Shown here piece after piece: positions 8,278-17,659 of a DNA stretch of 64,000 bases. The notes under the pieces are model-generated. The model ran no database searches, had not been told where the DNA came from, and was given only the letters and a program-made list of their open reading frames with translations. The number at the start of each line of letters is the position of its first letter. Positions within the stretch are counted from its first letter, which is position 1. The position numbers and the translations under genes are program-made. Source of the DNA: Chitinophagales bacterium (GTDB lineage: Bacteria; Bacillota; UBA5301; DYFA01); contig JBLNBQ010000061.1 in the NCBI GenBank assembly GCA_050260095.1, forward strand, positions 7,261 to 71,260, given 5' to 3'.

Positions 8278-9170
8278 CGAGTCCGGCGACCGTCCGTCCC
8301 ATCCTCGAGGTGCGCGGCCTGTGCAAGCGCTACGGTGAGACCCCGGTGCTGGCCGGGCTCGACCTAGCCGTGCCAGCCGGCCAGACGCTGGTCATCATGG
8401 GTCCGAGCGGGTGCGGGAAGTCGACCTTTGTGCGCTGCGTGAACCGCCTGCTGCAGCCCGATGCCGGCCAGGTGCTGGTGGAGGGCGTCGACCTCCTGGC
8501 GCTCGACCCGCCGGCCCTGCAGGCGGCGCGGCGGCGCATCGGGTTCGTCTTCCAGCATTCGAACCTGGTGCAGCGCCTGACCGCCTGGCAGAACGTCGCG
8601 CTGGGCCTGATCAGCGCCGGCGTGCCGCGGGAGGACGCCCATGAGCGCGCAGTGGCGGCGCTGGGCCGGGTGGGGCTGGCGGCGAAGGCCGACCGCCGTC
8701 CCGGCCAGCTCTCCGGCGGCGAGCAGCAGCGGGTGGGCATCGCCCGTGCTTTGGCCCTCTCGCCGGCCCTCATGCTCTGGGACGAACCGACCGCCGCCCT
8801 CGACCCGCTGCTGGTGCGGGAGGTGCTCGACGTCATGGAGGAACTCGTGCAGAGCCGCGACCGCACGATGGTCGTGGTCACCCACGAGGTCTCCTTCGCC
8901 CTGCGGGCGGCCGACCGGGTGGTGCTCATGGACCAGGGGCGCGTCGTCGAGGATGGCGCGCCGGAGGAAGTTTTCGGCGCTCCGACCTCGCTGCTCGGAC
9001 AGAGATACCGCCACCTCCTCGAGAGTCTGCCGGCCTTGCCCGGGGAGGGTAAGGCGAGGGCTGGAAAAGGATTCCCTGGGACAGGGGCGAATAACCAACA
9101 ATCGTCCCGCTCCAAGGACATGTCCTCGGCGGCCCGGCGGCCGCAAGGGGGTCATTGCGTTGGCAGTTGA
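8274..9170 (+). CDS. ABC transporter ATP-binding protein (importer-type, GlnQ/MetN-like)
   Basis: Walker A GPSGCGKST, signature LSGGEQQRVGIARAL, Walker B LMLWDEPTAALDP, H-loop VTHE. C-terminal ~55-aa low-complexity extension. Confidence 0.8.
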   Translation: MTSPATVRPILEVRGLCKRYGETPVLAGLDLAVPAGQTLVIMGPSGCGKSTFVRCVNRLLQPDAGQVLVEGVDLLALDPPALQAARRRIGFVFQHSNLVQRLTAWQNVALGLISAGVPREDAHERAVAALGRVGLAAKADRRPGQLSGGEQQRVGIARALALSPALMLWDEPTAALDPLLVREVLDVMEELVQSRDRTMVVVTHEVSFALRAADRVVLMDQGRVVEDGAPEEVFGAPTSLLGQRYRHLLESLPALPGEGKARAGKGFPGTGANNQQSSRSKDMSSAARRPQGGHCVGS

Positions 9171-10014
9171 ACAGGTGACTGATCAAGCGACCCTGGCCCG
9201 GCCCGTGGCGCTCGAGGGGATCGGCCTGCACTCCGGCAAGCCGGTCCGCCTCACGCTGGAGCCGGCGCCGCCCGGAACGGGCTTCCGGTTCGTGCGAGCC
9301 GACCTGCCTGGCGAACCGGTGATCCAGGCTTCGCCCGAGGCGGTCTGCCGGACGAACTTCTGCACGACCCTGGGCGACGGGCACGGCGCGGAGGTGTCGA
9401 CCACCGAACATCTGCTGGCCGCGCTGCGGGGGCTGGGCGTCGCCAACGCCATCCTGCGGCTCACCGGCCCTGAGGTGCCGCTGGGCGACGGCAGCGCGGC
9501 TGTCTTCGCCCGGTTGGTGGCCGAGGCGGGGGTCAAGGGGCAGGGCGAACCGCTGCCGGTCCTCACCCTGGACCGCCCGGTGGCGGTCAGGGCAGGGGAC
9601 GCCGCCCTGGTGGCCGTGCCGGCGCGCCAGGCTCGCTTCTCCTACGTCTTCACCCATCCTCACCCGGTGGTCGGCGTGCAACTCGCCGAGTTCGTTCCGG
9701 GGGAGGATTCCTTTTGCGACGAGGTGGCGCCGGCGCGCACCATCGGTTTTTTGGCCGACATCGAACGGATGCGCGCCCAGGGCCTGGCGCTGGGCGGCAG
9801 CCTTGAATGCGCGGTGGTCATCGGCGAGGAGGGCTACGCCGGCGAGGTGAGGTTCCCCAACGAGCCGGCCCGCCACAAGCTGCTTGACCTGGTCGGCGAT
9901 CTGGCGCTCATCCCGCCGGTCATGGCGCATGTGATCGGCCTGCGGTCGGGGCATGCGCTCAACTCCGCCCTCGCGACGGCGATCCTTGCGGCGGCGCGGT
10001 TGACCGTCGGATAA
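9160..10014 (+). CDS. lpxC: UDP-3-O-acyl-N-acetylglucosamine deacetylase
   Basis: Alignable along its length with E. coli LpxC ([51 protein letters not shown]). Start TTG 9160 or GTG 9175. Confidence 0.85.
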   Translation: MAVEQVTDQATLARPVALEGIGLHSGKPVRLTLEPAPPGTGFRFVRADLPGEPVIQASPEAVCRTNFCTTLGDGHGAEVSTTEHLLAALRGLGVANAILRLTGPEVPLGDGSAAVFARLVAEAGVKGQGEPLPVLTLDRPVAVRAGDAALVAVPARQARFSYVFTHPHPVVGVQLAEFVPGEDSFCDEVAPARTIGFLADIERMRAQGLALGGSLECAVVIGEEGYAGEVRFPNEPARHKLLDLVGDLALIPPVMAHVIGLRSGHALNSALATAILAAARLTVG

Positions 10015-10018
10015 AGGC

Positions 10019-10489
10019 GTGGCGGGACGGTCCCGCCGGGAGGTACTGCCATTGGACGTCAAAGAGATCATGGAGATCCTGCCGCACCGCTATCCCTTCC
10101 TCATGGTCGACCGCCTGCTCGAAGTGGAGCCCGGCAAGCGGGCCGTGGGGCTCAAGAACGTCACCATCAATGAACCGCACTTCACCGGCCACTACCCGGG
10201 ACACCCGATCATGCCCGGCGTGCTCATCCTCGAAGCGATGGCCCAGGTCTGCGGCGCCCTTTGGCTCTCCCAGGAGGGCCTCGCCGGCCGCCTGCCGCTC
10301 TTCGCCGGCATCGACGGGGCGCGCTTCCGCCGTCCGGTGGTGCCGGGCGACCAACTCATCATCGAGGTCGAGGTGGACCGGGCCAAAGCGGGGATCGTCA
10401 AGGCCAAGGCCCGGGCGAAGGTCGAGGGGCAACTGGCGGCCGAGGCGGAACTGACGTTCGCCAGCACCCCAAATGAAGCGAAAAAGTGA
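10019..10489 (+). CDS. fabZ: 3-hydroxyacyl-ACP dehydratase
   Basis: [15 protein letters not shown]...[23 protein letters not shown] hot-dog motifs. Alternative starts at 10052 and 10070. Confidence 0.85.
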   Translation: MAGRSRREVLPLDVKEIMEILPHRYPFLMVDRLLEVEPGKRAVGLKNVTINEPHFTGHYPGHPIMPGVLILEAMAQVCGALWLSQEGLAGRLPLFAGIDGARFRRPVVPGDQLIIEVEVDRAKAGIVKAKARAKVEGQLAAEAELTFASTPNEAKK

Positions 10490-10521
10490 GATATCCAGCC
10501 AATCTTGGTTAGTTGTTTGGG

Positions 10522-10551
10522 TTGGTGAGAGCAGGAGTCCACTGGTAAACT
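10522..10551 (+). promoter_or_regulatory. Possible internal promoter (TTGGTG - 18 nt - TGgTAAACT) in the AT-richer fabZ-lpxA intergenic region
   Basis: This 150-nt gap has lower GC than its flanks and contains a -35-like hexamer plus an extended -10. Confidence 0.2.
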
Positions 10552-10639
10552 GATACTGGCCAACAGCGCCGGTCGGATTTGGGCCCCTCCGGCGGATTAC
10601 TGTGTGAGGGCATGAAACGACCTGGGGGAGGAATTCTAG

Positions 10640-11446
10640 TTGTATCCCGAAACCAAGGTGATCCCGATAGGCCGGAAGATCCACCCGACCGCGATTGTCC
10701 ATCCGGGGGCCAAGCTCCACGCGACCGTGGAGGTCGGGCCGTACTCGGTCATCGGCGAGAACGTGGAGATCGGTGAGGGGACGGTCATCGGCCCGCATGT
10801 CGTGGTCGACGGGTGGACGAGCATCGGCCGGAACAACCGGATTTTCGCCGGGGCGCAGCTCGGCATCGAACCCCAGGACCTGAAGTTCCACGGGGAGAAG
10901 AGCTTCCTCGTCATCGGCGACAACAACCTCATCCGGGAGTACTCCACCATCACGCGAGGCACCGAGGGCGGCGGGGGCGAGACGAGGATCGGCAGCGACA
11001 ACCTGATCATGACCTACGCCCACGTCGACCACGACGTTCAGATCGGCAGCCACTGCGTTATCGTCAACGGCGCGGCGCTTGGCGGGCACGTGGTCGTCGA
11101 GGATCACGTCACCATCGGCGGTCTGACCGGCGTCCACCAGTTCAGCAAGATCGGGCGGATGGCCATGATCGGCGCCTGCACGAAGGTGGTCAAGGATGTC
11201 CCGCCGTTCGTGACGGTGGACGGGCATCCGGCCCGGGTGGTCGGCATCAACGTGGTCGGCCTGCGGCGCAAGGGCGTGCCCCAGGACGTCCGGGAAGAGA
11301 TTAAGCGGGCCTACAAGATCCTGTACCGGTCCGACCTCAACGTCAGCCAAGCCATCGAGCAGATGGAGAACCAGCTGCAGGGGTCCCCGGAGATCGACCA
11401 CTTCATCCGGTTCATTCGCAGCGCCGAGCGGGGCATCTGCCGGTAG
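10640..11446 (+). CDS. lpxA: Acyl-ACP--UDP-GlcNAc O-acyltransferase
   Basis: Left-handed beta-helix hexapeptide repeats. Alignable with E. coli LpxA (IHPTAIV, IGEGTVIGPHVVV, GSDNLIM, HVDHD, AYKILYRS). TTG start directly after an in-frame TAG. Confidence 0.85.
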   Translation: MYPETKVIPIGRKIHPTAIVHPGAKLHATVEVGPYSVIGENVEIGEGTVIGPHVVVDGWTSIGRNNRIFAGAQLGIEPQDLKFHGEKSFLVIGDNNLIREYSTITRGTEGGGGETRIGSDNLIMTYAHVDHDVQIGSHCVIVNGAALGGHVVVEDHVTIGGLTGVHQFSKIGRMAMIGACTKVVKDVPPFVTVDGHPARVVGINVVGLRRKGVPQDVREEIKRAYKILYRSDLNVSQAIEQMENQLQGSPEIDHFIRFIRSAERGICR

Positions 11447-11594
11447 CCGCCTCAGCCCGGAGCGCCGCCGGAAAGGAAAAACTTCTCTCCGTACAGAATA
11501 ACGGAGGGGTTACAGCGGCCACCACGCCACGCGGCTCGACGCTGGCCTGGTGGCTGTTCTCTTTTAGCTGGCGGGACGGCTTGCCCGCAAGACG

Positions 11595-12422
11595 GTGAGG
11601 GGGAAGACGGTGGCGAAGGGCGGGATCGCAATCTTGGCCGGCCGGGGGGTGCTGCCTCTCGAAGCGGCCCGGGAGGCGCGGCGGCGAGGGGAGGAGCCGG
11701 TGGTGGTGACCCTGGTGCCGGAGGTCGAGCCGGGGCTGGCGGCAGAGGCCGCCGTTTTGCACGCCGTTCCGGTGGCCCAATTCGGCCGCTTACTCTCGGT
11801 GCTGCGGGCGGAGGGGGTGACCCGGGCCGTGCTGGCCGGCAAGGTGACGAAAGAACTACTCTACCAGGATTTCGCCCCCGACGCGCGCCTGCGGGCGCTC
11901 CTCGGCCGCGTGCCCGACCGCAACGACGACACGCTCCTGCTCGCCGTCGTGGAGGAGTTGGCCGGCGAGGGGGTCGAGGTGGTCCGCCAGGACGACTACT
12001 TGGGCAACCTGCTCGCCGGGGCGGGACAGATCGCCGGGCGGGCGCCGGATGCCCGGGAGATGGCGGACGTGCGCTACGGTTTCCGGCGGGCCAAGGAGAT
12101 CGCCGGGCTCGACCTGGGCCAGACCGTCGTGGTGAAGAACCTGGCCGTCCTGGCGGTCGAGGCGGTCGAGGGGACCGACGCGTGCCTCAAGCGGGGCGGA
12201 GCGCTGGGCCGGGGCGGGGCGGTCGCGGTGAAGGTGGCCAAGCCCGCGCAGGACCCGCGGTTCGACGTGCCGACCATCGGGCCCGACACGCTGGCCTCCA
12301 TGCGGGACGCCGGCGTGGCCTGCCTGGCGGTCGAGGCGGGGGCGACCTTCGTCGCCGAACCTGACGAAGTGGAGCGTCTGGCCAGCGAGGCCGGACTGGC
12401 TGTGGTAGGGGTCGAGGGATGA
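11595..12422 (+). CDS. lpxI: UDP-2,3-diacylglucosamine hydrolase, LpxI (DUF1009) type
   Basis: IAILAGRGVLP start and DUF1009-like body, positioned between lpxA and lpxB as in LpxI-encoding genomes. The likely true start is GTG 11610. Confidence 0.65.
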   Translation: MRGKTVAKGGIAILAGRGVLPLEAAREARRRGEEPVVVTLVPEVEPGLAAEAAVLHAVPVAQFGRLLSVLRAEGVTRAVLAGKVTKELLYQDFAPDARLRALLGRVPDRNDDTLLLAVVEELAGEGVEVVRQDDYLGNLLAGAGQIAGRAPDAREMADVRYGFRRAKEIAGLDLGQTVVVKNLAVLAVEAVEGTDACLKRGGALGRGGAVAVKVAKPAQDPRFDVPTIGPDTLASMRDAGVACLAVEAGATFVAEPDEVERLASEAGLAVVGVEG

Positions 12423-13555
12423 GGATAATGCTGCTCGCCGGGGAGGCTTCGGGAGACCTGCACGCGGCGGCCCTGGCTCGGGAGCTGAAGGCCCGGCGCC
12501 CGGAGGTGGAACTCTCCGGCATCGGGGGAGAACGGATGGCGGCGGCCGGGGTCAGCCTGCTCTTCGACCCCACCAAAGCCTCGGTGATCGGCTTCGGGGA
12601 GGCGTTGCGCCGGCTGCCCCGCTTCAAACGCTGGCAGAACGAGGTCAAGGCGTACCTGCGGCGCGTCCGGCCCGACGCCTTGGTGCTGGTCGACTTCGGC
12701 GGCTTCAACGTGGGGGTCGCCGAGTACGCTCATCGGATCGGCGTTCCGGCGGTCTACTACATCCCCCCGGCGGCCTGGGCTTGGGGCAGGGGGCGCGCCC
12801 GGCGGCTCGCCAAGGCATGCACCCGGATCGCCTGCGTCCTGCCGATGGAGGTCGAGGTCTACGGCCAGGCCGGGGCGGAGGTGCGCTTCGTCGGCCATCC
12901 GCTGCTTGATGAGGTCCACCCCCGCGGCGACCGCGAGGGGGTGCGGGCCTCCCTCGGGGTGGTCCCGGGCGAGTTGCTGGTCGGTCTTTTGCCCGGCAGC
13001 CGGCGCCAGGAGATCGAGTCGCTCCTTCCCGACATGCTGGCTGCGGCGCGCCTGCTTGAGCAGCGCCGTCCGGGACTCAAGTGGGCGCTCGGCCTCGCGC
13101 CGACGGTGAACCGGGCGCGCCTGGAGGCGCTCGTGGCCGCCGCCGGGCTGCCGGTGAGGCTCGTGCCGGGGGCGCACGCCGTCATGGAGGCGGCTGACGT
13201 CCTCATGGTGGCTTCCGGGACCGCCACCCTGGAAGCGGCCCTCTTCGGCACTCCGATGGTGATGGTTTATCGCGTCAGCCCCCTCACCTACGCGCTCGCC
13301 CGGTGGCTCGTGAAGGTCAGGCATTATGCGCTGCCCAACCTGGTGGCCGGGGAGGAGATCATCCCCGAACTGGTGCAGGAGGAACTCACCCCGGAGCGGC
13401 TGGCTGGCGCGGTGGAATGGTTCCTGGCCGATCCGGCCGGACGGGCGCGAGTGAGCGAGCGCCTGCGGGCCGCGGTGGCCCGGCTCGGAGAGCCGGGGGG
13501 CGCCGGGCGAGCCGCGAAGATCATTCTGGAAGTTGCGGAAGGAACAGGCCGGTGA
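12419..13555 (+). CDS. lpxB: Lipid-A-disaccharide synthase (GT19)
   Basis: MRIMLLAGEASGDLHAAAL N-terminus, LLPGSRRQEIE and ASGTATLEAALFGTPMVMVY motifs. ATGA overlap with lpxI. Confidence 0.8.
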   Translation: MRIMLLAGEASGDLHAAALARELKARRPEVELSGIGGERMAAAGVSLLFDPTKASVIGFGEALRRLPRFKRWQNEVKAYLRRVRPDALVLVDFGGFNVGVAEYAHRIGVPAVYYIPPAAWAWGRGRARRLAKACTRIACVLPMEVEVYGQAGAEVRFVGHPLLDEVHPRGDREGVRASLGVVPGELLVGLLPGSRRQEIESLLPDMLAAARLLEQRRPGLKWALGLAPTVNRARLEALVAAAGLPVRLVPGAHAVMEAADVLMVASGTATLEAALFGTPMVMVYRVSPLTYALARWLVKVRHYALPNLVAGEEIIPELVQEELTPERLAGAVEWFLADPAGRARVSERLRAAVARLGEPGGAGRAAKIILEVAEGTGR

Positions 13556-14805
13556 ACACGCTCGACATGGTGCTGACCGCCAACAGTCCGGGAGAGGTGG
13601 CCGGCTGGGTGAAACCGGCCGCGCCCGCCCTCAAAGAGGCCCTGCCCGGCGCCCGGGTGACGGTCTTCGTCCCGCCGTGCACGTTCGCCAGCGGGTGCGA
13701 ACTGGAGGTCGTCCGGGGGCTGGCAGGCGTCGACGCCGCCTTCGGCCCGGCCGATTTCCTCCGCTACGCCCTGCTCGGAATCGCGCCGGCCGGCTTTCGC
13801 CCGGGACGGCGAGGGGCGGTCCTCTTCCTCGGGGGCGACCTCGCCAACGCGGTGCTCCTGCGCAAGCGCCTGGGTTACCCGGCCGTGGCTTACACGGAAG
13901 GCTTCGTCAACTGGAGCGATTCCTTCGCGCGCTTCGCGGTGCCTTATGCCGCCACGCGGGCCAAGGTTTTGGCCAAGGGGGTGCCCGAGGGGAAGGCGGT
14001 GGTCGTGGGCAACCTGATGCTCGACGCCGTCGTTCCCGTCCGGTCGCCGCAGGAGGTGCGGGAGTCTTTGGACGCCGCTTCCGCCTCCGCCGAACTGGTC
14101 CTGCTCCTGCCGGGGAGCCGGCCGGCCGAGGTGGCGCTGGCTACCCCGCTCTTGGTGCGGGCAGCTGAGCTTCTGCACGCGGCGCGGCCGCAGGCCCGGT
14201 TCGTGCTGAGCCTCTCCCCGTTCGCCCGCCCGGCCCAACTGGCGGAGGCCCTGAGCGGCCGGTACGCGGCGGAGTGGGGCGCCCGGGGCAGCATGGCCCC
14301 CGACGGCGCCCTGATGGCGGGCGACTGCCGCATTCCGGTGCGCCAGGGGGAGCAGTACGACCTGATGGCCGCCGCCGACCTGGCCCTGACCATCCCCGGG
14401 ACCAACACGGCGGAACTGGCTTTTCTGGGCGTCCCGATGGTGGTCGCCCTGCCGCTCAACCACCCGGAGCTGATCCCGGTCGAGGGGCTGGCCGGGCTCA
14501 TCGGGAACCTGCCGCAGGTGGGGAAGGCGTTGAAGCGCCGGCTCATCCCCCGCCTCGCCCAGCGCATCCCGTTCGCCGCCTGGCCGAACCAGCTGGCCGG
14601 CGCATACCTCGTGCCGGAGCTGCGCGGGCAGTTGAGCGCCGCGCAGGTGGCCGAGGAGAGCGAACGCCTGCTGTCCGATCCGGGCCGGCGGGCCGCCATG
14701 GCCTGCGAGCTGCGGCGGGTCATGGGGGAGCCGGGGGCGGCCGGGCGCCTGGCTCGCCTGGTGGCCGAGGTGGTCGCCGAGACGTACGGGGGAGGTGAAG
14801 CCTGA
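13552..14805 (+). CDS. LpxB-like glycosyltransferase (second GT19 family member)
   Basis: LLLPGSRPAEV and IPGTNTAELAFLGVPMVVALP motifs (GT19 C-domain). GTGA overlap with lpxB. The N-terminal part of track ORF 13303 is not real. Confidence 0.55.
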   Translation: MNTLDMVLTANSPGEVAGWVKPAAPALKEALPGARVTVFVPPCTFASGCELEVVRGLAGVDAAFGPADFLRYALLGIAPAGFRPGRRGAVLFLGGDLANAVLLRKRLGYPAVAYTEGFVNWSDSFARFAVPYAATRAKVLAKGVPEGKAVVVGNLMLDAVVPVRSPQEVRESLDAASASAELVLLLPGSRPAEVALATPLLVRAAELLHAARPQARFVLSLSPFARPAQLAEALSGRYAAEWGARGSMAPDGALMAGDCRIPVRQGEQYDLMAAADLALTIPGTNTAELAFLGVPMVVALPLNHPELIPVEGLAGLIGNLPQVGKALKRRLIPRLAQRIPFAAWPNQLAGAYLVPELRGQLSAAQVAEESERLLSDPGRRAAMACELRRVMGEPGAAGRLARLVAEVVAETYGGGEA

Positions 14806-16556
14806 TGGACCGCCGGGCGACCGGGCTCCGCCTGTTGTCCTACATCCGGCCGTACCTGCGCCCCTTCCTCACCGCCCTCTTCGCGATGGTGGTCCTGGCG
14901 GCGATCAACCTCTCCGTCCCATACCTCTTCGGCCAGACCCTCATCGACCGCATCCTGCTGCAGACCAGGAGCCGCACCTACCTCACGCTCCTGGCCGTCG
15001 GGATCGTCTTCCTCTACGTGGTGCGGGGCCTTTTCATGTACGGCTACACCTATTTGACCTCGTTCGTGGGCTTCCGCGTGGTCACCGACCTGCGCCGGGC
15101 CCTCTTCGTCAAGATGCAGGATCTCTCGCTCGCCTTCCACGAACGCCACCGGACCGGGGAACTCATCGCCCGGGTGACGAACGACACCATGCTCGTCCAC
15201 CAGGCGGTGGCCATGGGGCTGGGCGACCTCCTTCTCCAGGGTCTCCAGCTGAGCGGCACCCTGGTCGCGGTCTTCCTGCTCCATTGGCGTCTCGCCCTGA
15301 CGGCGATCGTGGTCTTCCCCCTGATGGCGCTGGTGATCAACCGGTTCGGACGGGTCATCCGCCGGGCCAGCCGCAACATGCAGGAGCGGGTCGCCGAGTT
15401 GACCACCGTGCTGCAGGAGGCGCTCGCCGGCATCCGGATCGTCAAGGCCTTCACCATGGAGGAGCACCAGGCGGACCGCTTCACGCGGCAGAACGAGGCG
15501 AGCTTCGGGGCGAGCCTGAAGAGCGCGCAGGTGGGGGCGACCCTCTCGCCCACCGTCGATTTCCTCTTCGTGACCGCCGTGGCGCTGGTCCTTTGGTTCG
15601 GCGGTTCGGAAGTGCTCGCCGGGCGGCTCACCACCGGGAAGCTGATCGCCTTCTTCGGCTACCTGGCGCTGGCGGCGAACCCGCTCGCCGCGCTCTCCCG
15701 GGTCTACCAGGCGCTCCAGCAGGCGCTGGCCGCCGGCGAACGCATCTTCTCGATCCTCGACGCGGAGCCGGAGGTGGGGGAGAAGCCCGGGGCGAAGCCG
15801 CTGCCGCCCCTGGCAGGCCGGGTCGTCTTCGAGCAGGTGAGCTTCGCCTACGGCGACGGCCCGCCGGTGCTCTCCGGGATCGACCTTACCGTGGAGCCGG
15901 GGAAGGTGGTCGCCCTCGTCGGTCCGAGCGGGGCGGGGAAGACCACCCTCGTCAACCTGTTGCCGCGCTTCTATGACCCGACCGGCGGGCGGATTCTGGT
16001 GGACGGGCACGACCTGCGCGAGGTCACCTTGGAATCGCTCCGCCGGCAGGTCGGGGTCGTGCCGCAGGAGACGATGCTCTTCGGCGTGACGGTCCGCGAG
16101 AACATCGCCTTCGGCCGGCCCGGCGCGTCGGAGGAGGAGATCGTCGCGGCCGCCAAGGCCGCCAACGCGCACGATTTCATCCTGGGCCTGCCGCAAGGCT
16201 ACGACACCGTGCTGGGGGAGCGGGGCGAGAGCCTCTCGGGCGGTCAGCGCCAGCGCATCGCCATCGCCCGGGCGCTTCTGCGCGATCCCCGCCTGCTCAT
16301 CCTCGACGAGGCCACCTCGGCCCTCGACACGGAGGCGGAGCGGGTGGTGCAGGAGGCGCTCGAACGCCTGATGCGGGGGCGCACGACCTTCGTCATCGCC
16401 CACCGCCTGTCGACGGTGCAGTTTGCCGACCAGATCGTCGTGTTGTCGGGAGGAAAGATCGTGGAAGCCGGAACGCACCAGGCCTTGCTGGAGCGGGGCG
16501 GACTCTACCGGCGCCTCTATGACCAGCAGTTTCGGGGGGAGGAGCCTTCAGCATGA
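14805..16556 (+). CDS. msbA: Lipid A/ABC exporter, fused permease-ATPase (MsbA-like)
   Basis: 6-TM exporter domain plus NBD with GPSGAGKTT, LSGGQRQRIAIARAL, ILDEATSALD. Embedded in the lpx operon. Confidence 0.8.
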   Translation: MDRRATGLRLLSYIRPYLRPFLTALFAMVVLAAINLSVPYLFGQTLIDRILLQTRSRTYLTLLAVGIVFLYVVRGLFMYGYTYLTSFVGFRVVTDLRRALFVKMQDLSLAFHERHRTGELIARVTNDTMLVHQAVAMGLGDLLLQGLQLSGTLVAVFLLHWRLALTAIVVFPLMALVINRFGRVIRRASRNMQERVAELTTVLQEALAGIRIVKAFTMEEHQADRFTRQNEASFGASLKSAQVGATLSPTVDFLFVTAVALVLWFGGSEVLAGRLTTGKLIAFFGYLALAANPLAALSRVYQALQQALAAGERIFSILDAEPEVGEKPGAKPLPPLAGRVVFEQVSFAYGDGPPVLSGIDLTVEPGKVVALVGPSGAGKTTLVNLLPRFYDPTGGRILVDGHDLREVTLESLRRQVGVVPQETMLFGVTVRENIAFGRPGASEEEIVAAAKAANAHDFILGLPQGYDTVLGERGESLSGGQRQRIAIARALLRDPRLLILDEATSALDTEAERVVQEALERLMRGRTTFVIAHRLSTVQFADQIVVLSGGKIVEAGTHQALLERGGLYRRLYDQQFRGEEPSA

Positions 16557-17659
16557 AAGCGATGATCCTGGCGGCGGGTGTGGGATCCCGCCTCGACCCA
16601 TTGACCGCCAACCTGCCCAAACCGATGGTGCCCATCGTCAACCGCCCGGCGATGGAACACATCCTGGCGCTCCTGCGAGTCCACGGGGTGACCGAGGTGG
16701 TGGCCAACCTCTGGTACCGTCCGGAGAGCATCACCTCCTACTTCGGCGACGGACAGTCCTTCGGGGCGCGGCTGACCTACTCGAAGGAGGACACCTTGCT
16801 CGGCACGGCCGGCGGGGTGAAACGGGTGGCCGGCTTCTTCGACGGCACCTTCCTCGTGATTGCCGGCGACGCCCTGACGGACATCGACCTTGGCGCCATG
16901 TTGGCCTTCCACCGGCAGCGGGGGGCGCTGGCGACCATCGCGCTCCGGCCGGTGGACGACCCCCGGCACTTCGGCGTCGTGGTGACGGGCGAGGACGGCC
17001 GCATCACCGGCTTCCAGGAGAAGCCGCGGCCGGAGGAGGCGCTCTCCCGCCTTGCCAACACGGGCATCTACCTCTTTGAGCGGGAGGTGCTCGACCTGAT
17101 CCCGGCCGGCGAGGTGTACGACTTCGGCAAGCAGCTCTTCCCGCGCCTGGTCGCCGAAGGGCAGCCCTTCTACGGCTATCGCATGGACGGCTACTGGTGC
17201 GACGTCGGCACGCTGCTCCAGTACCGGCTCGCCCACCAGGACGTGCTGCACGGGCTGGTCCGCCTGCACACGCCCGGGGTCGCGGTGCCCAGCGCCGAGC
17301 GGCCGGTGGTCCTCGGGGAGGGCGCTGTGGTCGAACCGGGCGCCGTCTTGCAGGGACGGGTCATCGTGGGCCCCGGCGCGCGCGTTTCGGCCGGCGCCCG
17401 CCTGCTCGGCGACGTGGTTCTGGGTGCGGGGGTGAAGGTCGGCGAAGGGGCCACGGTGGAAGCGAGCGTCCTGTGGGCCGGCGCCTCGCTCGGCGCCGAG
17501 TGCCGGGTCTCGCAGGCCGTGATCGGACAAGATTGCCGGATCGAGCCGGGCGCGGCGGTGGGCGAGGGGAGCGTGCTCTCCGACACCTGCGTCGTGCAGG
17601 CCTGGGCGGAGGTGGCGGCCGGGTCGATCCTCCGTCCTGGAGAGGTCGTCGGCCGGTGA
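16553..17659 (+). CDS. Sugar-phosphate nucleotidyltransferase with C-terminal left-handed beta-helix (mannose-1-P guanylyltransferase/GlmU-like)
   Basis: MKAMILAAGVGSRLDPLT...PKPMVPIV NTP-transferase motif and C-terminal hexapeptide repeats. ATGA overlap with msbA. Confidence 0.7.
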   Translation: MKAMILAAGVGSRLDPLTANLPKPMVPIVNRPAMEHILALLRVHGVTEVVANLWYRPESITSYFGDGQSFGARLTYSKEDTLLGTAGGVKRVAGFFDGTFLVIAGDALTDIDLGAMLAFHRQRGALATIALRPVDDPRHFGVVVTGEDGRITGFQEKPRPEEALSRLANTGIYLFEREVLDLIPAGEVYDFGKQLFPRLVAEGQPFYGYRMDGYWCDVGTLLQYRLAHQDVLHGLVRLHTPGVAVPSAERPVVLGEGAVVEPGAVLQGRVIVGPGARVSAGARLLGDVVLGAGVKVGEGATVEASVLWAGASLGAECRVSQAVIGQDCRIEPGAAVGEGSVLSDTCVVQAWAEVAAGSILRPGEVVGR

